Origin: Azolla caroliniana
Lineage: Eukaryota; Plantae; Polypodiophyta
NCBI GenBank assembly: GCA_043228905.1
Contig: JBHGNT010000010.1
Span: forward strand, 14,446,001-14,510,000
Reading direction: 5' to 3'
DNA: 64,000 nucleotides
This document shows, piece after piece, positions 27,786 to 40,619 of this stretch (its first letter is position 1; each line of letters opens with the position of its first letter). The translations under genes were made by a program, and so were the position numbers. The notes under the pieces were generated by a model, which was given only the letters and a program-made list of their open reading frames with translations, searched no databases and had not been told where the DNA came from.

Positions 27786-27985
27786 GTGAAGAAGGAAGAA
27801 AGAAGAAGAAGAAAACGAAGGAAGACGAACAAGAAGAGGAAGAAGAGGAAGAAGAAGAACAAGAAAAGGAAGAGGAAGAGGAAGAGGAAGAGGAAGAGGA
27901 AGAGGAAGAGGAAGAGGAGGAGGAGGAAGAAGAAGAAGAAGAAGAAGAAGAAGAAGAAGAAGAAGAAGAAGAAGAAGAAGAAGAA
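27786..27985. repeat. (GAA)n/(GAGGAA)n microsatellite in the hAT 5' region
   Basis: Visible purine trinucleotide/hexanucleotide run; source of spurious poly-K/S/F ORFs. Confidence 0.95.
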
Positions 27986-28286
27986 AGAGGACGAGGAATC
28001 AATCGAAACCTTGGTTTGAAGACAATTAATCGTCTTCATATAGAGGCAACAAACAAAGATCTACGCTATATAGAAGACAATTTTTTATTGGGCCCAATTC
28101 TTGTGAGTGTGAGGTATGTTTAACCTTAATATGCATATGCTTGGATAGTAGTTTTCTAGCTTTAATATGCAATGAAGCCACATTTTCTTTTTGGTTTTCA
28201 TTCACTAGCATAGAGAAAGATGGAGCTACTAGCCTAAAAACAATAGTGTAGTCTTGCTTATTGATTTCATGTTTGATTAGAATGCT

Positions 28287-28907
28287 TGGTTAGTTTATTA
28301 GTAATTGATTACCCAAAGAGCAACCGTTGAAAGGGGAGGCTAATTCAATTATGCTTCAATTAGTTTCAGTTAGAGTTTTCACATGGCATTAATAGCTTGT
28401 GCAGCTCAATCATGTATTTCGCTTAATTGGTTTTAAATTATGTTTTCACTTGCCATGAACATGAAGGTTAATATGAAAGTGCAGCCCAAGGATATGAGTA
28501 GCTATGGTAGGCAAGAATACACACAAAAAAATGTATCTACAAACATCTATTCTTTTGAAAATGTTGTAGTCTTCTCTTTTCAATATTCTCTTTTTAGCCC
28601 TAGTCTTAGTATGAATTTAAGTTCTAGTCTTGGTTAGTTTATTAGTAATTGAGTACCCAAAGAGTAGCCATTGGAAGGGGAGGCTAATTCAATTAAGCTT
28701 CAATTAGTTTCAGTTAGAGTATTTCACATGGCATTCATAGCTTGTGCAGCTCAATCATGTATTTCGTTTAATTGGTTTTAAATTATGTTTTCACTAGCCA
28801 TGAACATGAAGGTTAATATGAAAGTGCAGCCCAAGGATATGAGTAGCTATGGTAGGCAAGAATACACACAGAAAAATGTATCTACAAACATCTATTCTTT
28901 TGAAAAT
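28287..28907. repeat. ~275-bp near-identical direct duplication within the hAT leader
   Basis: ttggttagtttattagtaattga...ctattcttttgaaaat at ~28287-28562 and ~28631-28907. Confidence 0.9.
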
Positions 28908-29502
28908 CTATTGAAAATTGTATAAGATGTAGTGTGTATCACATATTAATAGACCCACTAATTTAGTAATTTCTAAATATCTAAATTCTATTGATTTGTA
29001 GAACATAAAGACTTAGGAAAATGCCCCCCATTAAGAACAAATATTGGGATATCTGTTGTCTCAATGTCACAAGAAGTCAAATAGGAAATAGAAGTTGGAA
29101 TTGTAAATTTTGCAACAAACATATGCACGGGTCAGCAACACGAATGATTGCTCATTTAATCGGAAAACCCAACCATGGAGTAACGAAATGTATCAATGTC
29201 CCCAAGGAATTTTTGATTGACCTCACATCTTTATATGGTAATTGTGGAACTCAAACAATTGGTGAAGAAGAAGATATAGTTGCAAAGATTGACTCATTCA
29301 ACGTGCCTGAACAAGGTATAGACAAGAGCCTACATTAGGTGTCTTCATTACTAATGGCCAAATAATTGCAAATGATTTATCTTGAAATGTTTTCTCTTTT
29401 AGGTGTTTCTACCTCAGGCTCATGTACCTTTGTTGGTGAAAGTCAAAGCATGTCATGTATGGATGGTGGTAGTCACCAACCATATCCACCAACAATGATA
29501 AC

Positions 29503-32355
29503 TGTTTATCAGTGGGGGGTGGAGCCAATCACGGCTCCACCCCCCTCCGAAGGGGTTTCGAATGTAAGAGGAGAGAGGGAGAGATGAGATGCACAGAGAG
29601 AACGAATGAGAGAGAGAGAGAGAGAGAATCAAGACAGACAGTTTGTGGGTAACTTCAATATTCCATATTTTCATGCCCCATGAGTGAGGATTTATATAAG
29701 ATCTTTACAAAAAGCCGAATGGACGTAGGTACACCTACTTACCTCACCTAACACTCACACACTCACACACTCACATTTCATATTCCACATTACACCTTTC
29801 ACATTACACTTAACCCTCCCGTATACCTATACGGGTAACACTTGGTACGCCTGTGGGACAGTGCTTTGCACGTCGATCCCACAAAGCCCATGCCAAAAAC
29901 TTATTGATCGGAAACTTCAACGATCTTCTCTCGACGGTCGAAAATCCCTCGACCGGAACACTTCTCGACGATCGATAACTTCAATCGGAGCTGGCTTGAC
30001 ACGAACCTTCTTGTTCTGTCAGCATAATGCACGATTGGATCATACACCAATCGGCTCGTCCATTGTGATAAAGTCATTAAGGGTTTAAAAAGATTGTGGG
30101 TGTATATATATATGTATTTCTACATTATTGGGAGTGGTAGTGAGTTTTGAGCCATTCGGTTTCCGAACTTCTATGTCGTAGCCTCAAAATTTAATAGCTA
30201 CCCTTTATGTTTTTTTGTTTTTAACTTTCTTCACTTTGGTTTTTGAAAATTTCCATTGTGCCCTCAAACTTCTGAAATTCTCGGTGATGCCCTTCCCTTG
30301 CTCTTCTTCTTTTTAGTTTTCGGTTTCTTCATTCTTTTTTCCTCTTTGCTCTTCTTTCTTCTCCTTCTCTTCCATCTCTGTTGCGACAGAAACAATGCTT
30401 TGTCTTCTTCTTCTTCTTCCTATCTTCCTTAGTTTTCTTGGTTCAGTCATCTCCTGCTCCATCCGGGCTGTCTCAAACGAATGTTTGTTTGTCTCTCTAT
30501 GTAGGTCCTTTCTTCTTCTTCATCGTCTTGTTCTTGATTCTTTACTTCTTTTTGGTTGTTGTCAGCCTGATTTTCTGTTCATCAGCCAGCTTGCCGGTTG
30601 TCCGTGGCCTGTTTGTCGACTTTCTTTGTTTGATGGCCCCCATCGTCTGTTTGGCCGTCGCCTTTCTCGGTAATAGTCGTCCACGCTCGTCGCTTGGCTC
30701 TCGGCTATCTTGGCAGCCGTGCTAGTGCTTGGCCGACTGTCCCTCGTCCCTCGTCCGCTCTTGTTGGGCCGTCTCTCGGCCTATTCTCGGTGCTCGGCTG
30801 TCGCTCTAGGCCATATATTGGCTGACACTCGGCCGTTGCTCGGCTTCTTGGCCGCTTTCTCCGCCATGCTTGGGCCGACTCTCTACTTCTCGGCCATGGC
30901 TTCTTGGCCCTCTCGCAGCCGTGTCTTGGCCATATCTCGGCCATTTATTTTCCGTGCTGTACTCTCGGTTTGTCTCGGCCGTCACGCAGGGTCTCTCGCT
31001 TGGCCATCACTCGGTCGGTTCGGTTCGGCCGCTACTAGCTACTATTCGACGGGCTCGGCCGGTTCTCTGTTTGACCGTGACTTTTCCGGCCACTTACGGG
31101 ACTTCGGCCGTACTCTCAGCCGCTGTCCGGCCTTCTCGCGATCATGGTTCGGCTTCGGCTTCTCAGCCGCTTTCTCGGCTACGTCTCAGCCGTCAGTCGA
31201 CCATATCTTGCAACGATGCGCAGATGGCTCTCGGTCGTTTCTTGGCAGCTGCTTGGCCACGTCTGAACTGACGTTCGGCTCCACCCTCTCTTTTAGTTGG
31301 TCTGGGTTTATTTGTGTCCGGTTGACTGTTGGACGCCGATCATCTTCGTCCGTCGAACCATCTGTAGGGCCAGCCCTATCTGGTCAGCTATCTCGGCCAA
31401 ATTCTCTGGTTGTCTCAGTTGGCTTGAACTCTTCTCAGCTGCTTTCCAGGCCATCTCTCAGCCAACACTTCCTCAGTCGGCTCTTGGATTACGTTTCTGT
31501 TTTGTTCCCTTTCTCTTTTGCTTCCTCATATTCTTCCAACATGCTCCTAAGTCCATTTTTCATGAGTTGGAAAAGAACATAATACTTCCTCTTCACGACC
31601 TTCACTTCTCCATTGCGATTCACTCCCATGACTGTGTCTAGCTTCCTTTTGAAAGCCTCCATGTTTAACTTGGAGATCCACAGTACGGAGAGAAGGCCGA
31701 AGATGCACACATACAACATAGACAAACACCTAGAGACGTAGAGAGCTAAACACATAGAGACGAACTCTGGGGTAGCTAGGGTTTTTTGCAGAGAGAGTAA
31801 CAAAATGGGGAAATGGGGATTGAAAGGCCCTGTCCATCAGGCCTTAGATACATTAGAAATAAAAGCAAGAGAAATCTCCATTGCCATCGCAGATTGGCTC
31901 TCAACAGAGAGTCCATACACACCACTTTTTAACACAAAGACACAAACACGCAGTGAAGGAGACAGAGAGATTAGTGATGGAGAGGGAAAAGGAGAGATAG
32001 ACTTCTTCTCAAGAGGGGTAGGCCGTAGGGCGTGCCATGTGTTTATCGGTGGGGGGTGGAGCCAATCATGGCTCCACCCCCCTCCGAAGGGGTTTCGAAT
32101 GTAAGAGGAGAGAGGGAGAGATGAGATGCACAGAGAGAACGAATGAGAGAGAGAGAGAGAGAATCAAGACAGACACAGTTTGTGGGTAACTTCAATATTC
32201 CATATTTTCATGCCCCATGAGTGAGGATTTATATAAGATCTTTACAAAAAGCCGAATGGACGTAGGTACACCTACTTACCTCACCTAACACTCACACACT
32301 CACATTTCATATTCCACATTACACCTTTCACATTACACTTAACCCTCCCGAAACA
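29503..32355 (-). mobile_element. Element X2: non-autonomous 2.85-kb LTR element of the PPT-less family; LTRs 29503-29840 and 32040-~32355
   Basis: Near-identical direct LTRs; minus-strand TATA followed by a CT-rich tract; PBS tggcacgccc at 32028-32037; tRNA-like module at 29843-29884; no gag/pol; TSD ambiguous (ataac/acaac). Confidence 0.85.
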
Positions 32356-33493
32356 ACAATCATTACGTAAAGGACACGTGTTACAAATGCAAAGGAAACA
32401 ACATGCGAACGTTATGGAGGTGAGATGTATCATTGAAGCAAATTTGTCATTTAATCTACTAAAAATACCATGTTGGCGGAACATGTTAGAAGCTTTCTCT
32501 ACAATTGGAGAGAAACATAGTGGAGTCACATATAATTACATGAGGACGAAAGGCTTGAAAAATGAGGTTATATCCTTGCAAGCAAAGTTAGAAAGGGTAA
32601 GAGGATTATGGCCCAAGTATGGTTGTTCTATACAAACAGATGGATGGGTTGATGTTTCTCATAGGCAACTTGTAAATGTCCTCGTATCATCTTGTTATGG
32701 GACAATGTTCCTCAAGTCCATTGATTGCAGCCATGCTAATACAACACCAATAGTTGATAGCTCTTGGTTAGCTGAAAGAATTTCAGAGGCAATTAGAGAG
32801 GTTGGTAAGGAAAATGTGGTCCAAGTCATTTCAGACAATGCATCTAGTTGTGTCCGCATGGGGTCTTTACTAGAATCAGAGTTCCCTAATATTGTTTGGA
32901 CTCCATGTGCAACACATTCTTTGGATTTGCTTTTGGAGGACATTGGTCAATTGCCTTGGATGAAAAGTATTATGATGAAAGCAAATACTATTGTATGTTT
33001 TTTTTGCAAGAAGAATGCTAGGAAATTTTTTTCTGCTCACAATAACCTCGCCATCTTGAGACCTTCCAAGACAAGGTTTGGTGTGATGTATCTTGTCATA
33101 CAATGTTTGCTCAAAGTTTGGCATCCTCTTGAGCAAACAATGGTGAGTGACATGTGGTGTCAAGACTGAGAGAGAGAAAGAGAGAGAAAAAGAGATAGAG
33201 AGATAATTGAAAGAGAATTATTATATTGAAGCGTAAAATGGATTACAAAGAGTAGGCTACAAAATGGCGTTGAACCAATTTAGGTTTGGGATGGGTGGTA
33301 GATCCCTATTTATAAGTAATAGAGAACACTCTAGAATATTCTAGGTTATCCTAGAATGTAGAGTAATCTAGAAGATCTCTAGAGTATTCTAGAAGGTTCT
33401 AGTGGTATAGAACACTCTAGAATATTCTAGGTCATTCTAGAATGTAGAGTAATATAGAATATTCCTATGATATTAGATTTCATATTCTAGAGA

Positions 33494-36400
33494 CTATACA
33501 TATAAGAATATTAATACAATGGTTAAGGATTTGACATGTGTACAACAAGGTCGTGGGTTCAAATCCTTTCGAGTCATAATGTGAGTGTCATGATCCTTTC
33601 GATGCATGATGTGACTGTTATCCCCTTCTTCGACGACACGTCTCACGGGTCGTAAGGTTTGTATTAGGACCTGGTTTACAAGGATATTGACGAGTTCTAC
33701 AGCATTGGAAAGATTTGTGGCAGGTTCCCAAGTTCGATCATTGGGGGTATAGCCTAGCCAATCGACTAAGTAATACAACTTGTTGCGCACGATTTTAGAA
33801 TCGAGAACGACAACAACTTCAAATTCAGGCCCGTCCAAGAACTCGACAGGTGGTGGGGGTGTCGTAAGACGGCCCGGAATTGAACTTGTAGTATAAGGTT
33901 CCAAAAGGGATACATGAAACACCGGATGAAGATGCATGTGTGGAGGGAGGTCAAGACGAAATGCAACATCACTTATCTTACCAGTGATCATGTAAGGGCC
34001 AAAACGTTGGTAATCCAATTTACTGCAAGGTCGAGTGGTCTTGATGTTGTGTTGGAGAAGCCATACATGATCCCCAATGCGGAACTTTTTTGAGGAGTCT
34101 AGACGATGACGATCGGCAAGCCTCGTGTGTGTAAATTGAGCATCGTGCAAATTGTGGAGAATGTTAGCTTGAATTTCTTGGAGGCGACTAAGACGATCCT
34201 CAACAGCAGGGTTGGTAGGAACTTCTGGATGCACATTCATCGTCCACAGAGGATGACAACCCGTATTTGCAAAAAATGGGGAATATCCTGTAGAAGAATG
34301 GGCTGAGTTGTTGTAAGTGAATTCCGCCAAGTGCAAAAAAGCAACCCAATCATCTTGTTGATAGTTGATGAAACAACGAAGATATTGTTCCAATGTCTAG
34401 TTGGTACGCTCTGTTTGGCCATTTGTTTCAGGATGATAGCTCGAAGAAAGCTTAACTGAAATGTGGAGAAGTTTGAACAGGTGCTTCCAAAACTTTGAGA
34501 TGAATTGTGGACCACGATCACTAATAATATCATCCGGCAGACCATGATGCTTAAATACCTCCCGCATAACGAGATCAGCTGTCTCTTGACTAGTAATCGA
34601 CTTTGTACATGGCAAGAAATGTGCCATTTTGGTAAATCGATCAACTACTGTGAGAATTGCATCAAAAACTTCTGAAACTGGGAGATTAGTAATGAAGTCC
34701 AAGGATATAGACTTCCAAGGTGTTTCCGGAATGGGAAGTGGTTGTAGTAAGCCATAGGGTTGGTGACGAGGATTCTTTGATCGACAACATATATCACAAC
34801 TCCATACATACTCCTCAACAAAATGACGAAGGCGAGGCCACCAATAGCGTCGAGAAATTAATTCTAGAGTCTTGTGAACTCCAAAATGACCAGCCATTGG
34901 TGAGTCATGGCAATGTTGCAAAACTTGTAGCCGTGGGGGACCATCAGGAACATACAATAAATTTTGTCGAAATAGAAAACCATCATGCCAATAGATATGA
35001 CAATAGTCATTACGAGGATTTTTCGACTGTGAGCAAGAAGCACGATCCAGGACGATATGATCCAAAACATCCTTGGCGAAATCATCAGTGGCCATATGAT
35101 CTCGAATGGAATCAAGAAGAGTGGAATTTTCAAGAGTTGTTATGGCGTTAACTACCATTAATCGTAATCGATTAGGACCCAAAAGGATTTGTTTTTGATG
35201 CTCAAATGCAGGTTCCCCTGGACGAAGTTCCATATAAGAGCGCCGAGAAAGAGCATCTACTTTGCCTTGCTACATCCCAGGGCGATATATGATGATAAAG
35301 TCGAAGTGAGTCAAAAATTGCGCCCACCGGGCTTGTCGCTGACTCAAGACTCGAGCATTTTGGAAATAAGTCAGGTTCTTATGATCATTGTAGACAATGA
35401 TCTGCTGAGAAGAACCTTCTAGGAAATGTCGCCATTGTTGAAATAAATCCACGATTGCAAGAAGCTCTTTGTCATGGATCTCGTAGTTGATCTCTGCAGC
35501 TTCAAACTTTCGTGAATGAAAGGCGCCAGGGTGTAGTTGTCCATCATCTCCAGTTTGCGAGAGGACACTCCCTAGTGCAAAATCGGATGCATCGGCTTCG
35601 AGGATGAAGCGTTTTGTTGGGTGGACATGTGCTAAGATAGGTGCCGTTGTAAATGCTCGTTTTAAGCTTTCGAATGCCTTGGCTGCATCTGAACTCCATA
35701 TAAATGGTTGATCTTTATGTGTGAGCTGAGTAAGCGGAAGCACAACCTTGGAATAATCTTTAATAAATTTTCGATAAAAATTTGCAAACCCGAGAAAACA
35801 TTGCACATCACGCACTGAAAGGGGCGTTTGCCACTCTAAAATTGCTTGTACCTTCATGGGGTCCATAGCAATACCATTTGACGATACAACATACCCCAAA
35901 AATTCCACTTGATTCAGGCCGAAACTACCCTTTTCTAATTTTGCGTAGAGACCATATTCTCGGAGTCGGCGCAATACTTGACGAACATGTTCATCATGCT
36001 CCTCTTGGGTCTTTGAGTAGATTAAAATATCATATAGGTAAACTATAGTGAAGATATCAAGAAAATCTCGAAAAATATCATTCGCCATATGTTGGAAAAC
36101 AACAGGTGCATTCGTGAGACCAAATGGCATCACTGTATACTCAAAATGTCCATAGCGAGTGCGGAAAGCTGTCTTCCATTCATCCCCCGGGCGAATCCGA
36201 ACTAGATTATATGCTCCACGAAGGTCCAACTTTGTGAAATATTTTGCACCACTGAGACGTTCCAAAAGATTCGGGATTAATGGTAGAGCATATCTATTTC
36301 GGATAGTCACTTTGTTTAGCCCTCGATAATCCACGACCAACAGAAGCGTCCCATTCTTCTTCTTAACGAAGAAGATAGGTGCACCAACAGGGGATCTAGA

Positions 36401-37144
36401 ATGCCGAATGAATCCGTTTGCCAGATTCTCATCAATATATTCCCGCAAAGTCTGTAGCTCTATAGGGGAGAGATTATAAATTGGGCCCCATGGAGGTTCT
36501 TTCCCTGGTTGTAAGTCAATAGGGCAGTCATATGGCCGATGCTTCGGCAATGTATTGGCCTTCACCTTATCAAAGACATCTGAAAACTCCTTGTATTTCT
36601 CTGGTAGTTTAATATCCGCTTCACGTGAAGTGGATGATGGAGTTGCTATTATTGCGAAGACGAACATGGCCTCGTTCCCCCCTTCCTCTCACATCTATCG
36701 TAAAGAGATGGGCGATAACTCCGGGGATCTATTAGCACATGTAGGAGAGAGGGATGCGGGATTTGTGCTTTTTTCCCGGGTCTCCTCAATTGTTCTTTTC
36801 ATCCAATCAATCTTCGGGTTATGGAGTTCAAACCAGGGGAGACCTAGAACTATTGGGTGGTCCGGACTACGAATAATATTGAAAGAGATTATGCTTGCCA
36901 AATTGCCAAGAACTATCCTAATTGGCTCGGACTCCTCGACTATATCTCCTGATGTTATGGGACGTCCATCAATGACTCCTATGGCTACTAGGCTGGGAAG
37001 CTTATTCAAGAGGATGTTTTGAGACAAGGCAAATTCACGATCCATGAAACAAGAGTTGGCTCCAGAATCTAGAAGGGCAGAGGCTAGGACTCGATGACAT
37101 GTAGATGTGGTAAGCTTGACTTGTGCTGAAAAAACTCGATTCAC
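33494..37144 (-). pseudogene. G3 pol (PR-RT-RH-IN-chromodomain), several in-frame stops
   Basis: ORFs 36695-37144, 35270-36667, 34397-35233, 33494-34393; YLDD changed to YLYD; chromodomain YLVDWLGY..TWEP. Confidence 0.9.
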
Positions 37145-37381
37145 TTGATTTGATGAAATGGAACCACGACTACGAACTAACTCTACATAGCTAGGATGGT
37201 CCAGCCAAATGGCTCCTATTTTGGCCGGACTTACTCGTTTAACACATCCTCTAATTGACTCAAGACATCAAATCTATTCTCATGACATGGACTATGAGGC
37301 TTATTCATGTTATTAGAAGTAACAATAGAACTCGATGTAGGGTTTTCATGGGCACTTACTTGGTATACTTGACGCCTAGGT

Positions 37382-38332
37382 TTATCCTGGACCGCCACAA
37401 TACAGGCAGAGGCGATGCGCTCGACGTCGTTGCTTCTCAGCATCTGATAACGGCCCACGACGTTGTGTTGACTCTATTTCCATCGGAGTTTGGCCATCCC
37501 TTGTAATGGGTCTAGAAACTTGTGGAGGCATTGCGACTACGGAAGCGTAAGTCTGCTCAGGTTGGCGGCATAACATTTGTTGGCGCTCAGAACGTCGCTC
37601 AAATAGGCGATTATCATATCGCACAGCTCGACTAATGGCTTCTGTAAGTGACTTTGGATCTTCAGGGAAAGTAAGAAGAAGATCTTTGACATCATTTCTC
37701 AAACCTTGACGGAATTGATCCATTAAAGTTGCCTCATCCCAAGGGATATCGCATGCCAAGAGACGGAAATCGGCTGCATAAGACGACGCGGGACGATCTC
37801 CTTGTCGAAGCCTTCGAATCTTGTTTATCGCTGTCCTAGTGCTGTCGGTGTCTCCGAAACTAGCTTGAAACTCTTTAACAAATGCCTCGAAATCCTCCAA
37901 CAATGGCGATTTCTTCTCGAGAAGTGGTGCGAACCATGCTAACGTTGTACTGCATAGCAAAGTTCCTACTAATCCCACACGAGCAACGTCAGTTGGATAC
38001 CGATTGGGATGTAGCTGAATAACTAGACGAACTTGATTCAAAAAGCCTCGAAATAAAGACCTCGTACCATCAAACTTGGCAGGGAGGCTGATCTTTGGCT
38101 CTCTAGGGGAGTTTTGAGCCCCCGACGCTTGCTCTCGTAATGACAATATAGTCGCCTCAAGTTGATGAACCCGCTGTGATAACTCTTCATATTGTTGAGC
38201 TTTTTCGGCGCTCACGTGTTGTAGATCTCCAAGTAGCCTTTGATTCTCATGCTCTAATGGCACAAATTTATTCGTGAGCATGTCGAGCTCAGAAAGAACA
38301 CGAATGTATTCTTGTTTGCTCACAGACTCCAT
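37382..38332 (-). CDS. G3 gag (Tf1/sushi/PEG10-like capsid with zinc knuckle start)
   Basis: PKISLPAKFDG, LRQGDRPASSYAADF, CLYCGGPG. Confidence 0.85.
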   Translation of the reverse strand: MESVSKQEYIRVLSELDMLTNKFVPLEHENQRLLGDLQHVSAEKAQQYEELSQRVHQLEATILSLREQASGAQNSPREPKISLPAKFDGTRSLFRGFLNQVRLVIQLHPNRYPTDVARVGLVGTLLCSTTLAWFAPLLEKKSPLLEDFEAFVKEFQASFGDTDSTRTAINKIRRLRQGDRPASSYAADFRLLACDIPWDEATLMDQFRQGLRNDVKDLLLTFPEDPKSLTEAISRAVRYDNRLFERRSERQQMLCRQPEQTYASVVAMPPQVSRPITRDGQTPMEIESTQRRGPLSDAEKQRRRAHRLCLYCGGPG

Positions 38333-40619
38333 AGCTTATGCGGGGAGAGGAGAAGGAAGAAGAGAACTTGTTAGGGTTTGTGGAAGACGAAGAGATGAAA
38401 GGAAAAAAATTGGTTCAAACTGTCAAGACTGAGAGAGAAAGAGAGAGAAAAAGAGATAGAGAGATAATTGAAAGAGAATTATTATATTGAAGCGTAAAAT
38501 GGATTACAAAGAGTAGGCTACAAAATGGCGTTGAACCAATTTAGGTTTGGGATGGGTGGTAGATCCCTATTTATAAGTAATAGAGAACACTCTAGAATAT
38601 TCTAGGTTATCCTAGAATGTAGAGTAATCTAGAAGATCTCTAGAGTATTCTAGAAGGTTCTAGTGGTATAGAACACTCTAGAATATTCTAGGTCATTCTA
38701 GAATGTAGAGTAATATAGAATATTCCTATGATATTAGATTTCATATTCTAGAGACTATACATATAAGAATATTAATACAATGGTTAAGGATTTGACATAT
38801 GTACAACAAGGTCGTGGGTTCAAATCCTTTCGAGTCATAATGTGAGTGTCATAATCCTTTCGATGCATGATGTGACTGTTATCATGACATGTGGAGGTCT
38901 TGGTTAGATTGCAATAAGCCAGATGCAATGAATGTAAAGAACTACATCCTTGATCATACTACTGAGTCCTCGTTTCAAGTTGTTTTGACCCTAATGGCAC
39001 CATTGTATAGTGTTTTACGACTTACTGATAGGGAGGGATCCACTATTGGATTGTTATATGAGTTTATGCGAAGAAGAAAAGATGTTTTAGCAAAAGGAGT
39101 GGAAGAAAACATCCCCCACAAATCCAAGTAAGTTTCATATTTATTTTAATTTGTTATGGTTTCCTAAAATTAAACTTTCAATTGTTTGTTCATGTTTTAA
39201 GATTGATTCATTTGTAAAACCCTTTTAGGTATGAGGATGTTTTGAAGTTATTTGATATACGATGGAAATGGTTCAAGAGGCCAATCCACCTTGTAGCTCA
39301 TTTGTTACATCCGATTTGGAGAGAGGAGGCTACATCTATTAACCTTGAGTTAATGGATGCGTGGATGAGTTATGTGGAAAAATTGTACTCGACACTTGAA
39401 TGTGATTCTTATTTCATGAATTGCATGAATATCGGAATGGTACAGGGACATTTAGCTATGCATTAGCACGTGAGGAGAGATCTATGATGACGCTAGCCAC
39501 TTGGTGGGAAAATTTTGGTGGAAGAACTCCAAAGCTCCAAGCATTAGTTGTTCGCATATTATCCCAAGTAAGTGTCAAGTGTTGAAAAAATGATCAATTT
39601 TATAGTTAAGTTCTGAAATAGCTCACTTTTGTGTACTACATTTTATTTCATATTTTACTTTTTATTAGGATTGCTCTTCTGGGGCAGCGGAAAGGAATTG
39701 GAATGCACATGGTCTCGCACATACGAAAAATAGAAACAGACTAAAGGTAGCACAACTTAAACGATTGGTATATGTGTGAGAGAACTTACGACTAGTTCGC
39801 AAGTTTGAGACTGTGAATGCATCTCCAATGCAGGTATCGTTTTATTCATTCTTTTTATAATTTATATTCCTCAATATTCTTAAGTACTAATAACTAGTTT
39901 CTGCTATCGACACACTAGTTTGTGATACTTAGAAGTTAAAGCTTTTATAAACTTGTTTGTGATACTTAGAAGTTAAAGCTTTTATAAACTTGTTTGTAGG
40001 TGAATCCAAATGAGATATATGTCTTTAAGACTCCTGATATTCTATCTATTAGCCATGAAAATGATATGGATAGAGAATTCTATGAAACTTATTTTCAAGA
40101 AACAATGAGCTTGAGAAGAAGGACAAGGAGCATGACAAGATCACATATGACAACATCAAGCGATGGAGTCCCTACTAATCGAATACGATGGCAAACGCCA
40201 AGAAGAGATGATGAGTGGTCTTCTTGTAATAGGAGAATAACACGATCAAGTACATTTGCTTCTTTACCACTAGATGATCAAGATAATGTCAATGCAATAG
40301 AAGAAGCAGTTCATACTAATTATGATGATCTTATGGACGAAGAACTAGTGTTGATGTCATCAACTAACACAGAATCTGATGATGAAGATGGTGATGAGGA
40401 CCAGATCTAAAGACAAATACTTCTAATTTCTATACGTTATTATTAAGCTCAATAACCTTATGTTACTTGTCTTTGATCTAAGCTCCATTTTGATACATTG
40501 GACATAGTTAGAGTTGTATCAATATCGTATTTTATTAAAGTAAAATTTTCATCATGTGGTTCTTTTTTACCTTCATTTACTTTCATGAACCTTGAAATAT
40601 TTGATGTTATGTCTTGTTA

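Larger units (their letters stand above)
33158..38889 (-). mobile_element. Gypsy G3, full-length Tcn1-like chromovirus; LTRs 33158-~33622 and 38421-38889
   Basis: TSD TGTGG (33153-33157, 38890-38894), whose removal restores transposase SDMWRSW; near-identical LTRs; gag 37382-38332, protease LLDSGA, RT/RH 35270-36667, integrase and chromodomain 33494-35233. Confidence 0.95.
29021..40410 (+). pseudogene. hAT transposase (BED zinc finger, DUF659-like core, C-terminal dimerisation domain); 5 exons, disrupted by X2 and G3
   Basis: Exons ~29021-29315, 29403-29502+~32356-33157+38895-39127, 39229-39567, 39669-39833, 40000-40410 with GT/AG borders; WNCKFC..RMIAHL..C, GCSIQTDGW, VVQVISDNAS, WTPCATHSLDLLLEDIG, WWENFG..PKLQ, SSGAAERNW; frameshift and stops present. 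Confidence 0.9.

Noticed and set aside
27745-28039. Poly-Ser, poly-Phe and poly-Lys ORFs
   Set aside because: Translations of the GAA/GAGGAA microsatellite
30710-31582. 290-aa plus-strand ORF in X2
   Set aside because: Low-complexity antisense reading of a TCGGCC-rich tract; TATA and PBS indicate the minus strand is sense; no recognisable domain
33320-33495. Dense TCTAGA palindromes in G3 LTRs
   Set aside because: Explained by short internal duplications in U3; similar tracts occur in other LTRs here
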